DNA of 64,000 nucleotides from Escherichia coli (GTDB taxonomy: Bacteria > Pseudomonadota > Gammaproteobacteria > Enterobacterales > Enterobacteriaceae). Under the pieces are notes generated by a model. The model was not told where the DNA came from and ran no database searches. It worked only from the letters and a program-made list of their open reading frames with translations. The stretch is taken from NCBI RefSeq assembly GCF_965641715.1, contig NZ_OZ282453.1; one strand, written 5' to 3'. The position numbers and the translations under genes were made by a program. This document shows positions 54,271 through 64,000 of the stretch, one piece after another. Position 1 is the stretch's first letter. Every line of letters starts with the position of its first letter.

Positions 54271-54953
54271 TCTGCGGCATCTCCATAAACAGAAGGCAAG
54301 TTAAGTTCTCTTGCACCCTGCGCGCTATTTATCCATGCATACATTTCAGCGTTGCTGTGAATTGCCAGTCGACGCATCGCACTGTTTTTTTGGGCGCTGA
54401 TAGTTTTATTACTTTTCTTAAGCAATGAAGCTATCTGGTTGATGCCCCATCCTTTACCTAATAGCCGCAGTACCTTGCGCTCTGAAAGAGTGAGAATGAC
54501 GGAGCGATAGCTAAAATCATGAGTTTCAGTCATTGCCGGAGAGGTCAGCATGGCGCTGATACGCTCTGCGTGCGTATTGCCGGAACGTACGGTCTTGACC
54601 AGATTCTCAATGGGTTCAACATCAGACAATAACGTCGCCGTAGGGCACATGAGCAGTTCTACTGCCTGGGAATACCAGGAGCGTGACACCATGAAAACCC
54701 AGTGAATTTCCCGATATTGTGAGATTAAAGAATAATAATGTTCACAAACAGAACGTGGATCTTCACTTTCACCGGCTAAATCAGCAATGACTAATCCGGA
54801 ACGACGTAATTGTAATAAGGTAAGGTCCTCCGCAGAGGCGCTGGATATTATTTCATATTCAGGGAAGTGAGTCCTCATGACCTCTTTTAACCCTGCTTGC
54901 ATAACAGGTATTTTACTGATAACAATTCCATTTTTGCAGCATCCTGGCAACAT
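54228..54953 (-). CDS. yjjQ: LuxR-family transcriptional regulator YjjQ
   Basis: 241 aa with C-terminal LuxR HTH; overlaps the bglJ start. Confidence 0.9.
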
Positions 54954-55571
54954 ATTTCCTCCACATCCACTGTCTAAAAATTATGATGGTTTATTCAGGA
55001 TATTCATTCCTTAAATGTTTCCAGCAAATTAATAGATTAAGCGAATAAATTATCCTTAGCATTCACTTTCATATCAGCATACTCCTGCTGCACAACAACT
55101 CCACTGCATGTGTCAGAAGGTTAGCATCAAATGATAACCTGGTGAAATAGCCTGGAGACATTTAAAATATCTACATTAAGTTGTTAGGAATACTTAATGA
55201 AAAACAGAAATCACATTCATTTAATTTATAATTAAATGATATCCCTTCCCGCAGAATGAAAAATCACACAACCAATATTTATTCAATGAAATCTGATGGT
55301 TTTAACTTGTTAACATTAAAAAACGCGCCCGGTTATCTATTATCCTGACTCGTAAAGGCCAAACAATAAATTCATTATAGTGATAATATTCATGCGATAG
55401 TTTGTTTACGGCGAGAGATAATTCGCTTTTTATCACCAAGCGTCTCCCGATAACCAGGATTAATCAGCGCAATTTTGATCTTAACCTACCGCAAAACAAC
55501 CGTGCTTCATGATACAAATGGATTCTCATTATCTGAACAATACGCAGCACGTCTATGACAAAGGGCGAGTT

Positions 55572-56342
55572 ATGCAAACTGAGCAACAGCGAGCCGTAAC
55601 ACGGCTTTGTATCCAGTGTGGATTATTTCTTTTGCAACATGGTGCGGAAAGCGCGTTGGTTGATGAGCTTTCCTCACGACTGGGTCGGGCGCTGGGAATG
55701 GACAGCGTCGAAAGTTCTATCTCTTCGAACGCCATAGTGCTGACAACTATTAAAGATGGGCAATGCCTGACATCGACACGTAAAAATCACGATCGCGGCA
55801 TTAATATGCATGTGGTGACTGAAGTCCAGCACATTGTGATTCTTGCGGAGCATCATCTGCTGGATTACAAAGGCGTAGAGAAACGATTTAGCCAAATTCA
55901 GCCATTACGTTACCCAAGATGGCTGGTAGCCTTAATGGTTGGCCTTTCTTGCGCCTGTTTCTGTAAACTCAATAACGGTGGCTGGGATGGTGCCGTCATC
56001 ACCTTCTTTGCCAGTACGACCGCGATGTATATCCGCCAGCTGCTGGCACAACGTCATCTTCATCCACAGATCAACTTTTGCCTTACCGCTTTCGCCGCCA
56101 CCACCATTTCCGGATTGCTTTTGCAACTCCCCACTTTCAGCAATACCCCCACCATTGCGATGGCCGCCAGCGTTCTGCTGCTGGTGCCGGGCTTTCCGTT
56201 GATTAATGCCGTCGCCGATATGTTTAAAGGCCACATCAATACCGGACTGGCACGCTGGGCGATCGCCAGTCTGCTGACACTGGCTACCTGCGTCGGCGTG
56301 GTGATGGCACTGACGATTTGGGGGCTACGCGGATGGGTGTGA
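55572..56342 (+). CDS. yjjP: Inner membrane protein YjjP (ThrE family)
   Basis: 256 aa from [12 protein letters not shown]. Confidence 0.9.
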
Positions 56343-56806
56343 TCGAATTTCTGTTTGCATTGGCGCAGGATATGATCCTCGCCGCCATTCCTGCGGTCGG
56401 CTTTGCGATGGTGTTCAACGTTCCCGTGCGGGCGTTACGCTGGTGTGCGCTGCTTGGCTCGATAGGTCATGGTTCCCGAATGATCTTGATGACCAGCGGG
56501 TTGAATATTGAGTGGTCAACCTTTATGGCTTCTATGCTGGTCGGCACCATTGGTATTCAATGGTCGCGCTGGTATCTGGCGCATCCGAAAGTGTTTACCG
56601 TGGCGGCCGTTATCCCTATGTTCCCGGGCATATCGGCTTATACCGCAATGATTTCGGCGGTAAAAATCAGCCAGCTAGGTTACAGCGAACCGTTGATGAT
56701 TACCCTGTTAACCAACTTTCTTACAGCTTCATCGATTGTTGGTGCGTTATCTATCGGTCTTTCCATTCCTGGATTATGGTTGTACCGCAAGCGCCCTCGC
56801 GTATAA
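56333..56806 (+). CDS. yjjB: Inner membrane protein YjjB
   Basis: 157 aa from [12 protein letters not shown]. Confidence 0.9.
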
Positions 56807-56913
56807 AATTGCCTCGCTTAAAGCACGCGGATGAGAGACAGCCTCCTCTCCTCCGTGTGTTACTATAAAAGTTATCTCCCTTCTCGTTCATCGTTCCATA
56901 TTTGAGAAACAGT

Positions 56914-57453
56914 ATGTCTTCCAGAGTTTTGACCCCGGACGTCGTTGGTATTGACGCCCTGGTAAACGATCACCAAACCGTTCTGGCAAAAGCTGAAGGC
57001 GGTGTGGTTGCCGTATTTGCTAACAATGCCCCGGCGTTTTATGCCGTCACGCCTGCACGCCTGGCTGAACTGCTGGCGCTGGAAGAAAAGCTGGCGCGTC
57101 CGGGAAGCGATGTCGATCTGGACGATCAACTCTATCAGGAACCGCAAGCCGCTCCCGTTGCTGTACCCATGGGGAAATTCGCCATGTATCCGGACTGGCA
57201 ACCCGATGCCGATTTTATCCGCCTGGCGGCGCTATGGGGCGTGGCGCTAAGAGAGCCGGTGACCACCGAAGAACTGGCCTCATTCATTGCCTACTGGCAG
57301 GCGGAAGGTAAAGTTTTTCACCATGTGCAGTGGCAACAAAAACTGGCGCGCAGCCTGCAAATCGGTCGTGCCAGCAACGGCGGACTGCCGAAACGAGATG
57401 TGAATACGGTCAGTGAACCTGACAGCCAAATTCCACCAGGATTCAGAGGGTAA
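56914..57453 (+). CDS. dnaT: Primosomal protein DnaT
   Basis: 179 aa from [16 protein letters not shown], ending QIPPGFRG. Confidence 0.95.
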   Translation: MSSRVLTPDVVGIDALVNDHQTVLAKAEGGVVAVFANNAPAFYAVTPARLAELLALEEKLARPGSDVDLDDQLYQEPQAAPVAVPMGKFAMYPDWQPDADFIRLAALWGVALREPVTTEELASFIAYWQAEGKVFHHVQWQQKLARSLQIGRASNGGLPKRDVNTVSEPDSQIPPGFRG

Positions 57454-57455
57454 CG

Positions 57456-58193
57456 ATGAAAAACGTTGGCGACCTGATGCAACGCCTGCAAAAAATGATG
57501 CCTGCCCATATCAAACCTGCATTCAAAACGGGTGAAGAGCTACTGGCCTGGCAGAAAGAACAAGGGGCGATCCGCTCCGCCGCTCTCGAACGTGAAAATC
57601 GGGCGATGAAAATGCAGCGCACCTTTAACCGCTCCGGTATTCGTCCACTGCATCAGAACTGCTCCTTTGAGAACTATCGCGTTGAGTGTGAAGGGCAGAT
57701 GAATGCGTTAAGCAAAGCGCGCCAGTATGTCGAAGAGTTTGACGGCAACATCGCCAGCTTCATCTTTTCTGGTAAGCCAGGAACCGGCAAAAACCATCTG
57801 GCGGCGGCAATCTGCAACGAGCTGCTGCTACGCGGTAAATCCGTATTGATCATCACCGTGGCCGATATTATGTCGGCGATGAAAGATACCTTCAGGAATA
57901 GCGATACCAGCGAAGAACAACTGCTTAACGATCTGAGCAACGTTGATCTGCTGGTGATCGATGAGATCGGCGTGCAGACCGAATCGAAATACGAAAAAGT
58001 GATCATCAACCAGATCGTCGATCGCCGCTCTTCTTCCAAACGCCCAACCGGGATGCTGACCAACAGTAATATGGAAGAGATGACCAAGTTGCTGGGCGAA
58101 CGCGTGATGGACCGTATGCGCCTGGGTAACAGTTTGTGGGTGATCTTCAACTGGGATAGCTACCGTAGCCGTGTAACAGGTAAAGAGTATTAA
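57456..58193 (+). CDS. dnaC: Replicative helicase loader DnaC
   Basis: 245 aa with Walker A GKPGTGKNHLA. Confidence 0.95.
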   Translation: MKNVGDLMQRLQKMMPAHIKPAFKTGEELLAWQKEQGAIRSAALERENRAMKMQRTFNRSGIRPLHQNCSFENYRVECEGQMNALSKARQYVEEFDGNIASFIFSGKPGTGKNHLAAAICNELLLRGKSVLIITVADIMSAMKDTFRNSDTSEEQLLNDLSNVDLLVIDEIGVQTESKYEKVIINQIVDRRSSSKRPTGMLTNSNMEEMTKLLGERVMDRMRLGNSLWVIFNWDSYRSRVTGKEY

Positions 58194-58238
58194 TCCCCGT
58201 TTCTGGCGGTATACTGCGACACAATTCCACCTTGAGTA

Positions 58239-58736
58239 ATGATGATGAAAACTGTTAAACATCTTCTGTGCTGTGCCATTGCCGCCAGCGCATTAATTTC
58301 CACCGGGGTGCATGCTGCGTCCTGGAAAGATGCGCTCTCCAGCGCCGCCAGCGAACTTGGCAACCAAAACAGCACGACACAGGAAGGCGGTTGGTCGCTC
58401 GCGTCATTAACTAACTTGCTTAGCAGCGGGAACCAGGCCTTAAGCGCAGATAACATGAACAATGCCGCAGGCATTCTGCAATACTGCGCGAAGCAAAAGC
58501 TGGCGTCGGTAACCGATGCCGAAAACATCAAGAATCAGGTGCTGGAAAAGCTGGGCCTGAACAGTGAAGAGCAAAAAGAAGACACCAACTATCTGGACGG
58601 CATTCAGGGTTTGCTGAAAACCAAAGATGGTCAGCAACTCAATCTGGATAACATCGGAACGACTCCGCTGGCAGAAAAGGTGAAAACCAAAGCCTGCGAT
58701 CTGGTGTTAAAGCAGGGGCTGAACTTCATTTCCTGA
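58239..58736 (+). CDS. yjjA: Periplasmic protein YjjA (DUF2501)
   Basis: Signal peptide then Gly/Ser-rich mature protein. Confidence 0.85.
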   Translation: MMMKTVKHLLCCAIAASALISTGVHAASWKDALSSAASELGNQNSTTQEGGWSLASLTNLLSSGNQALSADNMNNAAGILQYCAKQKLASVTDAENIKNQVLEKLGLNSEEQKEDTNYLDGIQGLLKTKDGQQLNLDNIGTTPLAEKVKTKACDLVLKQGLNFIS

Positions 58737-58989
58737 ACCGCGAAACGCCGCGTTTTAGCTGTTACCCGGCTGACGCGGCTCTCTCCTGCCCTTTTCCCTG
58801 CTCCTGGACGGTTTTCCCCCTGTTACACGGGAAGCGACCGCGATCAAAAAAGTCTGTTTATAAACTAATTCCTAACAACATCGCATTTTTTTGACACTAG
58901 AATTGCAGCAATATGGCGACGCCATTACATTGTGCTTCTCAAAAAGCTTAAACGTTGGCTAAACGGCCCGGTTTAGTGAGGATCGCCCG

Positions 58990-61281
58990 TTGTCAGAACT
59001 ACTCTCTTTCGCCCTTTTTCTCGCCTCTGTGCTGATTTACGCATGGAAAGCGGGACGTAACACCTGGTGGTTTGCAGCCACATTAACGGTGCTGGGGCTA
59101 TTTGTCGTTTTAAATATCACCCTGTTTGCCAGCGACTATTTTACTGGCGATGGTATTAACGACGCGGTTCTCTATACCTTAACCAACAGCCTGACCGGTG
59201 CTGGCGTCAGCAAATACATCCTGCCGGGTATCGGCATTGTGCTGGGGCTGACGGCGGTGTTCGGTGCGCTGGGCTGGATCCTGCGCCGTCGTCGCCATCA
59301 TCCGCACCATTTTGGTTACAGCCTGCTGGCGCTCTTACTGGCGCTGGGTTCGGTGGACGCCAGCCCGGCATTTCGTCAGATAACGGAACTGGTGAAATCC
59401 CAGTCACGCGATGGCGACCCGGACTTTGCGGCTTATTATAAAGAGCCGTCGAAAACTATCCCTGACCCGAAACTCAACCTGGTTTATATCTACGGCGAAA
59501 GTCTCGAGCGGACCTATTTTGATAACGAAGCTTTCCCGGATCTCACGCCTGAACTGGGCGCGTTGAAAAATGAAGGCCTGGATTTCAGCCACACGCAGCA
59601 GCTGCCAGGAACGGATTACACGATTGCGGGCATGGTGGCTTCTCAGTGCGGCATACCGCTGTTTGCCCCCTTTGAAGGCAACGCCTCCGCCTCTGTCTCC
59701 AGCTTCTTCCCGCAGAACATCTGTCTGGGCGATATCCTGAAAAACTCGGGTTATCAGAACTATTTCGTGCAGGGCGCAAATCTGCGTTTTGCCGGTAAAG
59801 ATGTGTTCCTGAAATCGCACGGCTTCGATCACTTATACGGCTCAGAAGAGCTGAAAAGCGTGGTGGCCGACCCGCACTATCGCAACGACTGGGGATTCTA
59901 CGACGATACCGTTCTCGATGAAGCGTGGAAAAAGTTTGAAGAGCTTTCCCGTTCTGGTCAGCGATTCTCACTGTTTACCCTGACAGTCGATACCCATCAC
60001 CCGGATGGTTTTATCTCTCGTACCTGTAACCGCAAAAAATATGATTTTGACGGTAAGCCGAATCAGTCATTCAGCGCGGTAAGTTGCAGCCAGGAGAATA
60101 TCGCGACGTTTATCAATAAAATCAAAGCGTCACCGTGGTTTAAAGATACTGTCATCGTCGTCTCTTCTGACCATTTAGCGATGAACAACACGGCGTGGAA
60201 ATACCTCAATAAGCAGGATCGCAATAACCTGTTTTTTGTCATTCGTGGCGACAAGCCGCAGCAAGAGACGCTGGCAGTGAAGCGTAACACGATGGATAAC
60301 GGCGCGACGGTGCTGGACATTCTCGGTGGCGATAACTATCTCGGACTTGGTCGTAGCAGTTTATCCGGGCAGTCGATGTCGGAAATCTTCCTCAATATCA
60401 AAGAGAAAACATTGGCGTGGAAGCCAGATATCATCCGCCTGTGGAAATTCCCTAAAGAGATGAAAGAGTTCACCATCGACCAGCAGAAAAACATGATTGC
60501 CTTCTCGGGTAGCCATTTCCGTTTGCCGCTGCTGTTGCGGGTTTCAGACAAACGCGTGGAACCGCTGCCGGAAAGCGAATACTCAGCACCGCTGCGTTTC
60601 CAGCTGGCCGATTTCGCTCCACGCGACAATTTCGTCTGGGTTGACCGTTGCTACAAGATGGCACAACTCTGGGCTCCGGAACTGGCACTTTCCACCGACT
60701 GGTGTGTCTCGCAGGGGCAGCTTGGCGGTCAGCAAATTGTTCAGCATGTTGACAAAACAACATGGAAGAGCAAGACGGCATTTAAAGATACGGTCATCGA
60801 CATGGCGCGTTACAAAGGCAATGTCGATACGCTGAAGATTGTTGATAACGATATTCGCTACAAAGCCGACAGTTTCATCTTTAACGTCGCCGGTGCGCCA
60901 GAAGAGGTGAAACAGTTTAGCGGGATTTCCCGTCCGGAGTCGTGGGGCCGCTGGTCCAACGCGCAGCTGGGCGATGAAGTAAAAATCGAGTACAAGCATC
61001 CGCTGCCGAAGAAATTTGACCTGGTGATTACCGCCAAAGCATACGGCAATAACGCCAGCCGTCCTATTCCGGTACGCGTAGGCAATGAAGAACAAACTCT
61101 TGTGCTGGGCAATGAAGTGACCACCACCACACTGCATTTCGATAACCCAACCGATGCCGACACACTGGTAATTGTGCCGCCGGAACCTGTCTCAACCAAC
61201 GAAGGGAATATCCTCGGACACTCGCCGCGTAAGCTCGGGATCGGCATGGTGGAAATTAAAGTGGTAGAACGTGAAGGGTAA
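58990..61281 (+). CDS. opgB: Phosphoglycerol transferase I OpgB (MdoB)
   Basis: 763 aa starting [24 protein letters not shown]; sulfatase-like domain. Confidence 0.95.
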   Translation: MSELLSFALFLASVLIYAWKAGRNTWWFAATLTVLGLFVVLNITLFASDYFTGDGINDAVLYTLTNSLTGAGVSKYILPGIGIVLGLTAVFGALGWILRRRRHHPHHFGYSLLALLLALGSVDASPAFRQITELVKSQSRDGDPDFAAYYKEPSKTIPDPKLNLVYIYGESLERTYFDNEAFPDLTPELGALKNEGLDFSHTQQLPGTDYTIAGMVASQCGIPLFAPFEGNASASVSSFFPQNICLGDILKNSGYQNYFVQGANLRFAGKDVFLKSHGFDHLYGSEELKSVVADPHYRNDWGFYDDTVLDEAWKKFEELSRSGQRFSLFTLTVDTHHPDGFISRTCNRKKYDFDGKPNQSFSAVSCSQENIATFINKIKASPWFKDTVIVVSSDHLAMNNTAWKYLNKQDRNNLFFVIRGDKPQQETLAVKRNTMDNGATVLDILGGDNYLGLGRSSLSGQSMSEIFLNIKEKTLAWKPDIIRLWKFPKEMKEFTIDQQKNMIAFSGSHFRLPLLLRVSDKRVEPLPESEYSAPLRFQLADFAPRDNFVWVDRCYKMAQLWAPELALSTDWCVSQGQLGGQQIVQHVDKTTWKSKTAFKDTVIDMARYKGNVDTLKIVDNDIRYKADSFIFNVAGAPEEVKQFSGISRPESWGRWSNAQLGDEVKIEYKHPLPKKFDLVITAKAYGNNASRPIPVRVGNEEQTLVLGNEVTTTTLHFDNPTDADTLVIVPPEPVSTNEGNILGHSPRKLGIGMVEIKVVEREG

Positions 61282-61295
61282 TTCCTGACTGATGT

Positions 61296-61320
61296 GTAGG
61301 TCGCATAAGGTGCGACCTAC
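61296..61320. repeat. REP-like palindromic hairpin downstream of opgB
   Basis: GTAGGTCGCA-TAAGG-TGCGACCTAC 10-bp stem. Confidence 0.5.
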
Positions 61321-61418
61321 ACGCCTTCTACGGCTTACAACACATTATTAAGAAACAAAAAAAACAGCGCCCAACACTTCCCCGGACGCTGCATGGCAAC
61401 TTTAATAATCTCGCCTTA

Positions 61419-62441
61419 TCAGAAAGTAATTACACCCTTAATCAACTCACGATTGTTAATCACATCGCGCTCGTAGGTTTCTGCCAGCGTGGCGAACGGG
61501 TAGCGATGGGTTAACATCATGTCGGCAGTGATTTTTCCTTCCGCCATCAGTCGACCGACTTTAGCGAAATCTTCCGGCGTGGCGTTGCGGCTGCCCATCA
61601 TCGTCGTTTCTTTTTTATGGAATTCCGGATCGGAGAACTGCAACTCACCTTTAAACAGGCCGACAAATACCACCGTGCCGCCGTGACGAATCAGATTCAC
61701 GGTGTTATTCATCGCATGTTGATTACCTGTCGCGTCGATCACTTTCTGCGCCAGCGAACCACCAAACTGCGCCCGCAGCTGCGCGTCAAAATCTTCGGCT
61801 GACGGGTCCAGCACGGGCAACTCCAGACGCGTTGCCACATGTTCACGGCGCGCCGGACTGGTATCCGCCACCACCACCTGTGCGCCATCGGCTTTAGCGA
61901 TTGCCGCCGCGCCCAGACCGATTGGCCCCGCCCCGACCACCAGCACCTGCTCGCCGGGAGCAATGGCTGCGCGACGCACCGCATGAGCGCTAATAGCGAA
62001 AGGTTCAATCAATGCGGCCGCCTGCGGGTCAATACCGTCTGCGGGCAAAATGTTCGCCACCGGCACGCTCAAATACTCACTAAAACCGCCATCCTGATGC
62101 ACGCCGATGACTGAAATTTTTTCACAGCAATTGGTACGCCCGCTTTTACACGCCGGGCATTGCTGACAGGCAACATAAGGGATCACAGCAACTTGCTGAC
62201 CATTTTTAAGATCAGCAATATTTTTACCCAGCCCAACAATCTCCCCACATATTTCATGGCCTAAAACCCGTGGATAACTAAAAAATGGTTGATTTCCACC
62301 CCAGGCATGAATATCGGTACCGCAAATCCCGACAGACTTAATTTTTATTAATGCTTCATTGTCACCCGGAATAGGTATCTCGCGTTGTTTCCAGACTAAT
62401 TCTTTCGGCTGCTGGCAAATTAAAACATTCATCGTAGACAT
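61419..62441 (-). CDS. lgoD: L-galactonate-5-dehydrogenase LgoD (YjjN), zinc-dependent ADH
   Basis: 340 aa from MSTMNVLICQQ; GHEICGEIVGLG and Cys cluster. Confidence 0.92.
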   Translation of the reverse strand: MSTMNVLICQQPKELVWKQREIPIPGDNEALIKIKSVGICGTDIHAWGGNQPFFSYPRVLGHEICGEIVGLGKNIADLKNGQQVAVIPYVACQQCPACKSGRTNCCEKISVIGVHQDGGFSEYLSVPVANILPADGIDPQAAALIEPFAISAHAVRRAAIAPGEQVLVVGAGPIGLGAAAIAKADGAQVVVADTSPARREHVATRLELPVLDPSAEDFDAQLRAQFGGSLAQKVIDATGNQHAMNNTVNLIRHGGTVVFVGLFKGELQFSDPEFHKKETTMMGSRNATPEDFAKVGRLMAEGKITADMMLTHRYPFATLAETYERDVINNRELIKGVITF

Positions 62442-62579
62442 GATTCGGCTCTCCATTTTTTGTTGCCTTAGATATCAATGAAAATGAAAAATGGCAGCGG
62501 AACGGAAAATCTGTTTTGTGAAAACACACGCATAAAAATGTTTTAAATCGGGTTTTAATGGACTCACAAGGAGGAAAAT

Positions 62580-63494
62580 ATGAGTCGTTCACAAAATTTA
62601 CGCCACAATGTGATTAACCAGGTCATTGATGATATGGCGCGGGGTCATATCCCTTCCCCACTTCCATCGCAAAGTGCGCTGGCGGAAATGTACAACATCA
62701 GCCGCACTACAGTGCGTCATATTCTCAGCCACTTACGCGAATGCGGCGTCTTAACGCAGGTTGGAAACGACTATGTTATTGCGCGTAAACCTGACCATGA
62801 TGACGGTTTCGCCTGTACTACCGCTTCAATGAGTGAACAAAACAAAGTGTTTGAGCAGGCTTTTTTCACGATGATAAACCAGCGTCAGTTACGCCCTGGG
62901 GAAACTTTTTCTGAACTGCAACTGGCGCGGGCCGCGGGTGTCAGCCCGGTGGTTGTAAGAGAATATCTTTTAAAATTCGGCCGTTATAATCTTATTCAAA
63001 GCGAAAAGCGCGGCCAGTGGAGCATGAAGCAATTCGATCAATCCTACGCCGAGCAGCTGTTTGAGCTACGCGAAATGCTCGAAACACATTCACTTCAGCA
63101 CTTTCTCAACCTGCCTGATCATGATCCCCGCTGGCTGCAGGCGAAAACCATGCTCGAACGTCATCGGCTACTGCGTGACAACATCGGCAATAGCTTTCGC
63201 ATGTTCTCGCAACTTGACAGAGATTTTCACTCCTTACTGCTTTCAGCTGCCGACAATATCTTTTTTGATCAATCGCTTGAGATCATCTCAGTCATCTTTC
63301 ATTTTCACTATCAATGGGACGAAAGCGATCTTAAACAGCGCAATATCATTGCCGTCGATGAGCATATGACCATTCTCAGCGCTCTGATTTGCCGCAGTGA
63401 CCTTGATGCCACCCTTGCGCTCCGTAACCATTTGAATTCAGCGAAACAATCAATGATTCGATCCATTAATGAGAACACGCGTTATGCTCATTAA
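62580..63494 (+). CDS. lgoR: GntR-family regulator LgoR (YjjM)
   Basis: 304 aa with N-terminal GntR HTH. Confidence 0.9.
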   Translation: MSRSQNLRHNVINQVIDDMARGHIPSPLPSQSALAEMYNISRTTVRHILSHLRECGVLTQVGNDYVIARKPDHDDGFACTTASMSEQNKVFEQAFFTMINQRQLRPGETFSELQLARAAGVSPVVVREYLLKFGRYNLIQSEKRGQWSMKQFDQSYAEQLFELREMLETHSLQHFLNLPDHDPRWLQAKTMLERHRLLRDNIGNSFRMFSQLDRDFHSLLLSAADNIFFDQSLEIISVIFHFHYQWDESDLKQRNIIAVDEHMTILSALICRSDLDATLALRNHLNSAKQSMIRSINENTRYAH

Positions 63495-63708
63495 GTACGG
63501 ATTAAAAACAGCAAACTATTAGCGGGTGCACGGTTTTATCAAAAGATAAATACCGGGAAATTCCCGCTTACCTATGCTCACAATCAGTCGACTAAAAATG
63601 TTTTTGTGAGCGGTAGTAAAGTCCTAAAACTTTAACCTGCCGTTAATGTCAACCTTGCGTAATGCACAATTACGTAAACAATTAAAATTATAAATACAGG
63701 AGTCCGGC

Positions 63709-64000
63709 GTGGAAAAAGAAAATATCACCCTCGATCCGCGTTCTTCATTTACTCCATCTTCGTCGGCAGATATTCCCGTGCCACCAGATGGATTAGTTCA
63801 ACGCAGTACCCGAATTAAACGCATTCAAACCACCGCCATGTTGTTATTATTTTTTGCGGCGGTAATCAATTATCTCGACCGCAGTTCGCTGTCGGTAGCA
63901 AATTTAACGATTCGTGAAGAATTGGGATTAAGTGCCACCGAAATCGGCGCTTTGCTCTCCGTGTTTTCACTCGCTTACGGCATTGCGCAACTTCCTTGCG
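63709..64000 (+). CDS. lgoT: L-galactonate transporter LgoT (YjjL), N-terminal part; runs off the window end
   Basis: VEKENITLDPRSSFTPSSSADIPVPPDG...LLFFAAVINYLDRSSLSVAN MFS N-terminus. Confidence 0.85.
   Translation, partial: MEKENITLDPRSSFTPSSSADIPVPPDGLVQRSTRIKRIQTTAMLLLFFAAVINYLDRSSLSVANLTIREELGLSATEIGALLSVFSLAYGIAQLPC

Overview
The window is an Escherichia coli chromosomal segment. Positions 1 to about 48.9 kb are a lambdoid prophage whose distal end lies beyond the window start; positions 49.0-64.0 kb are conserved core genes (yjjG, rimI, holD, rsmC, leuQPV tRNAs, yjjZ, fhuF, bglJ, yjjQ, yjjP, yjjB, dnaT, dnaC, yjjA, opgB, lgoD, lgoR, lgoT start). The prophage has a complete lambda-like morphogenesis block on the minus strand (Nu1 through J, lom, stf, with a cos site), a lysis cassette, a Q-to-lysis hotspot with tRNAs and an orphan adenine methyltransferase, a KplE1/Rac-like early region with a divergent cI/cro switch, and a tyrosine integrase next to yjjG. 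Four accessory modules stand out as candidate anti-phage cargo: (1) a 1275-aa SIR2-domain protein between xis and int, (2) a reverse transcriptase fused to a C-terminal TIR domain beyond the tail-fibre genes, (3) a remote RexA/RexB-like pair convergent on Q, and (4) an AT-rich MscS-family channel gene between the lysis cassette and cos. All calls rest on reading the translations and DNA by eye and on recalled reference sequences; no searches or folding programs were run.
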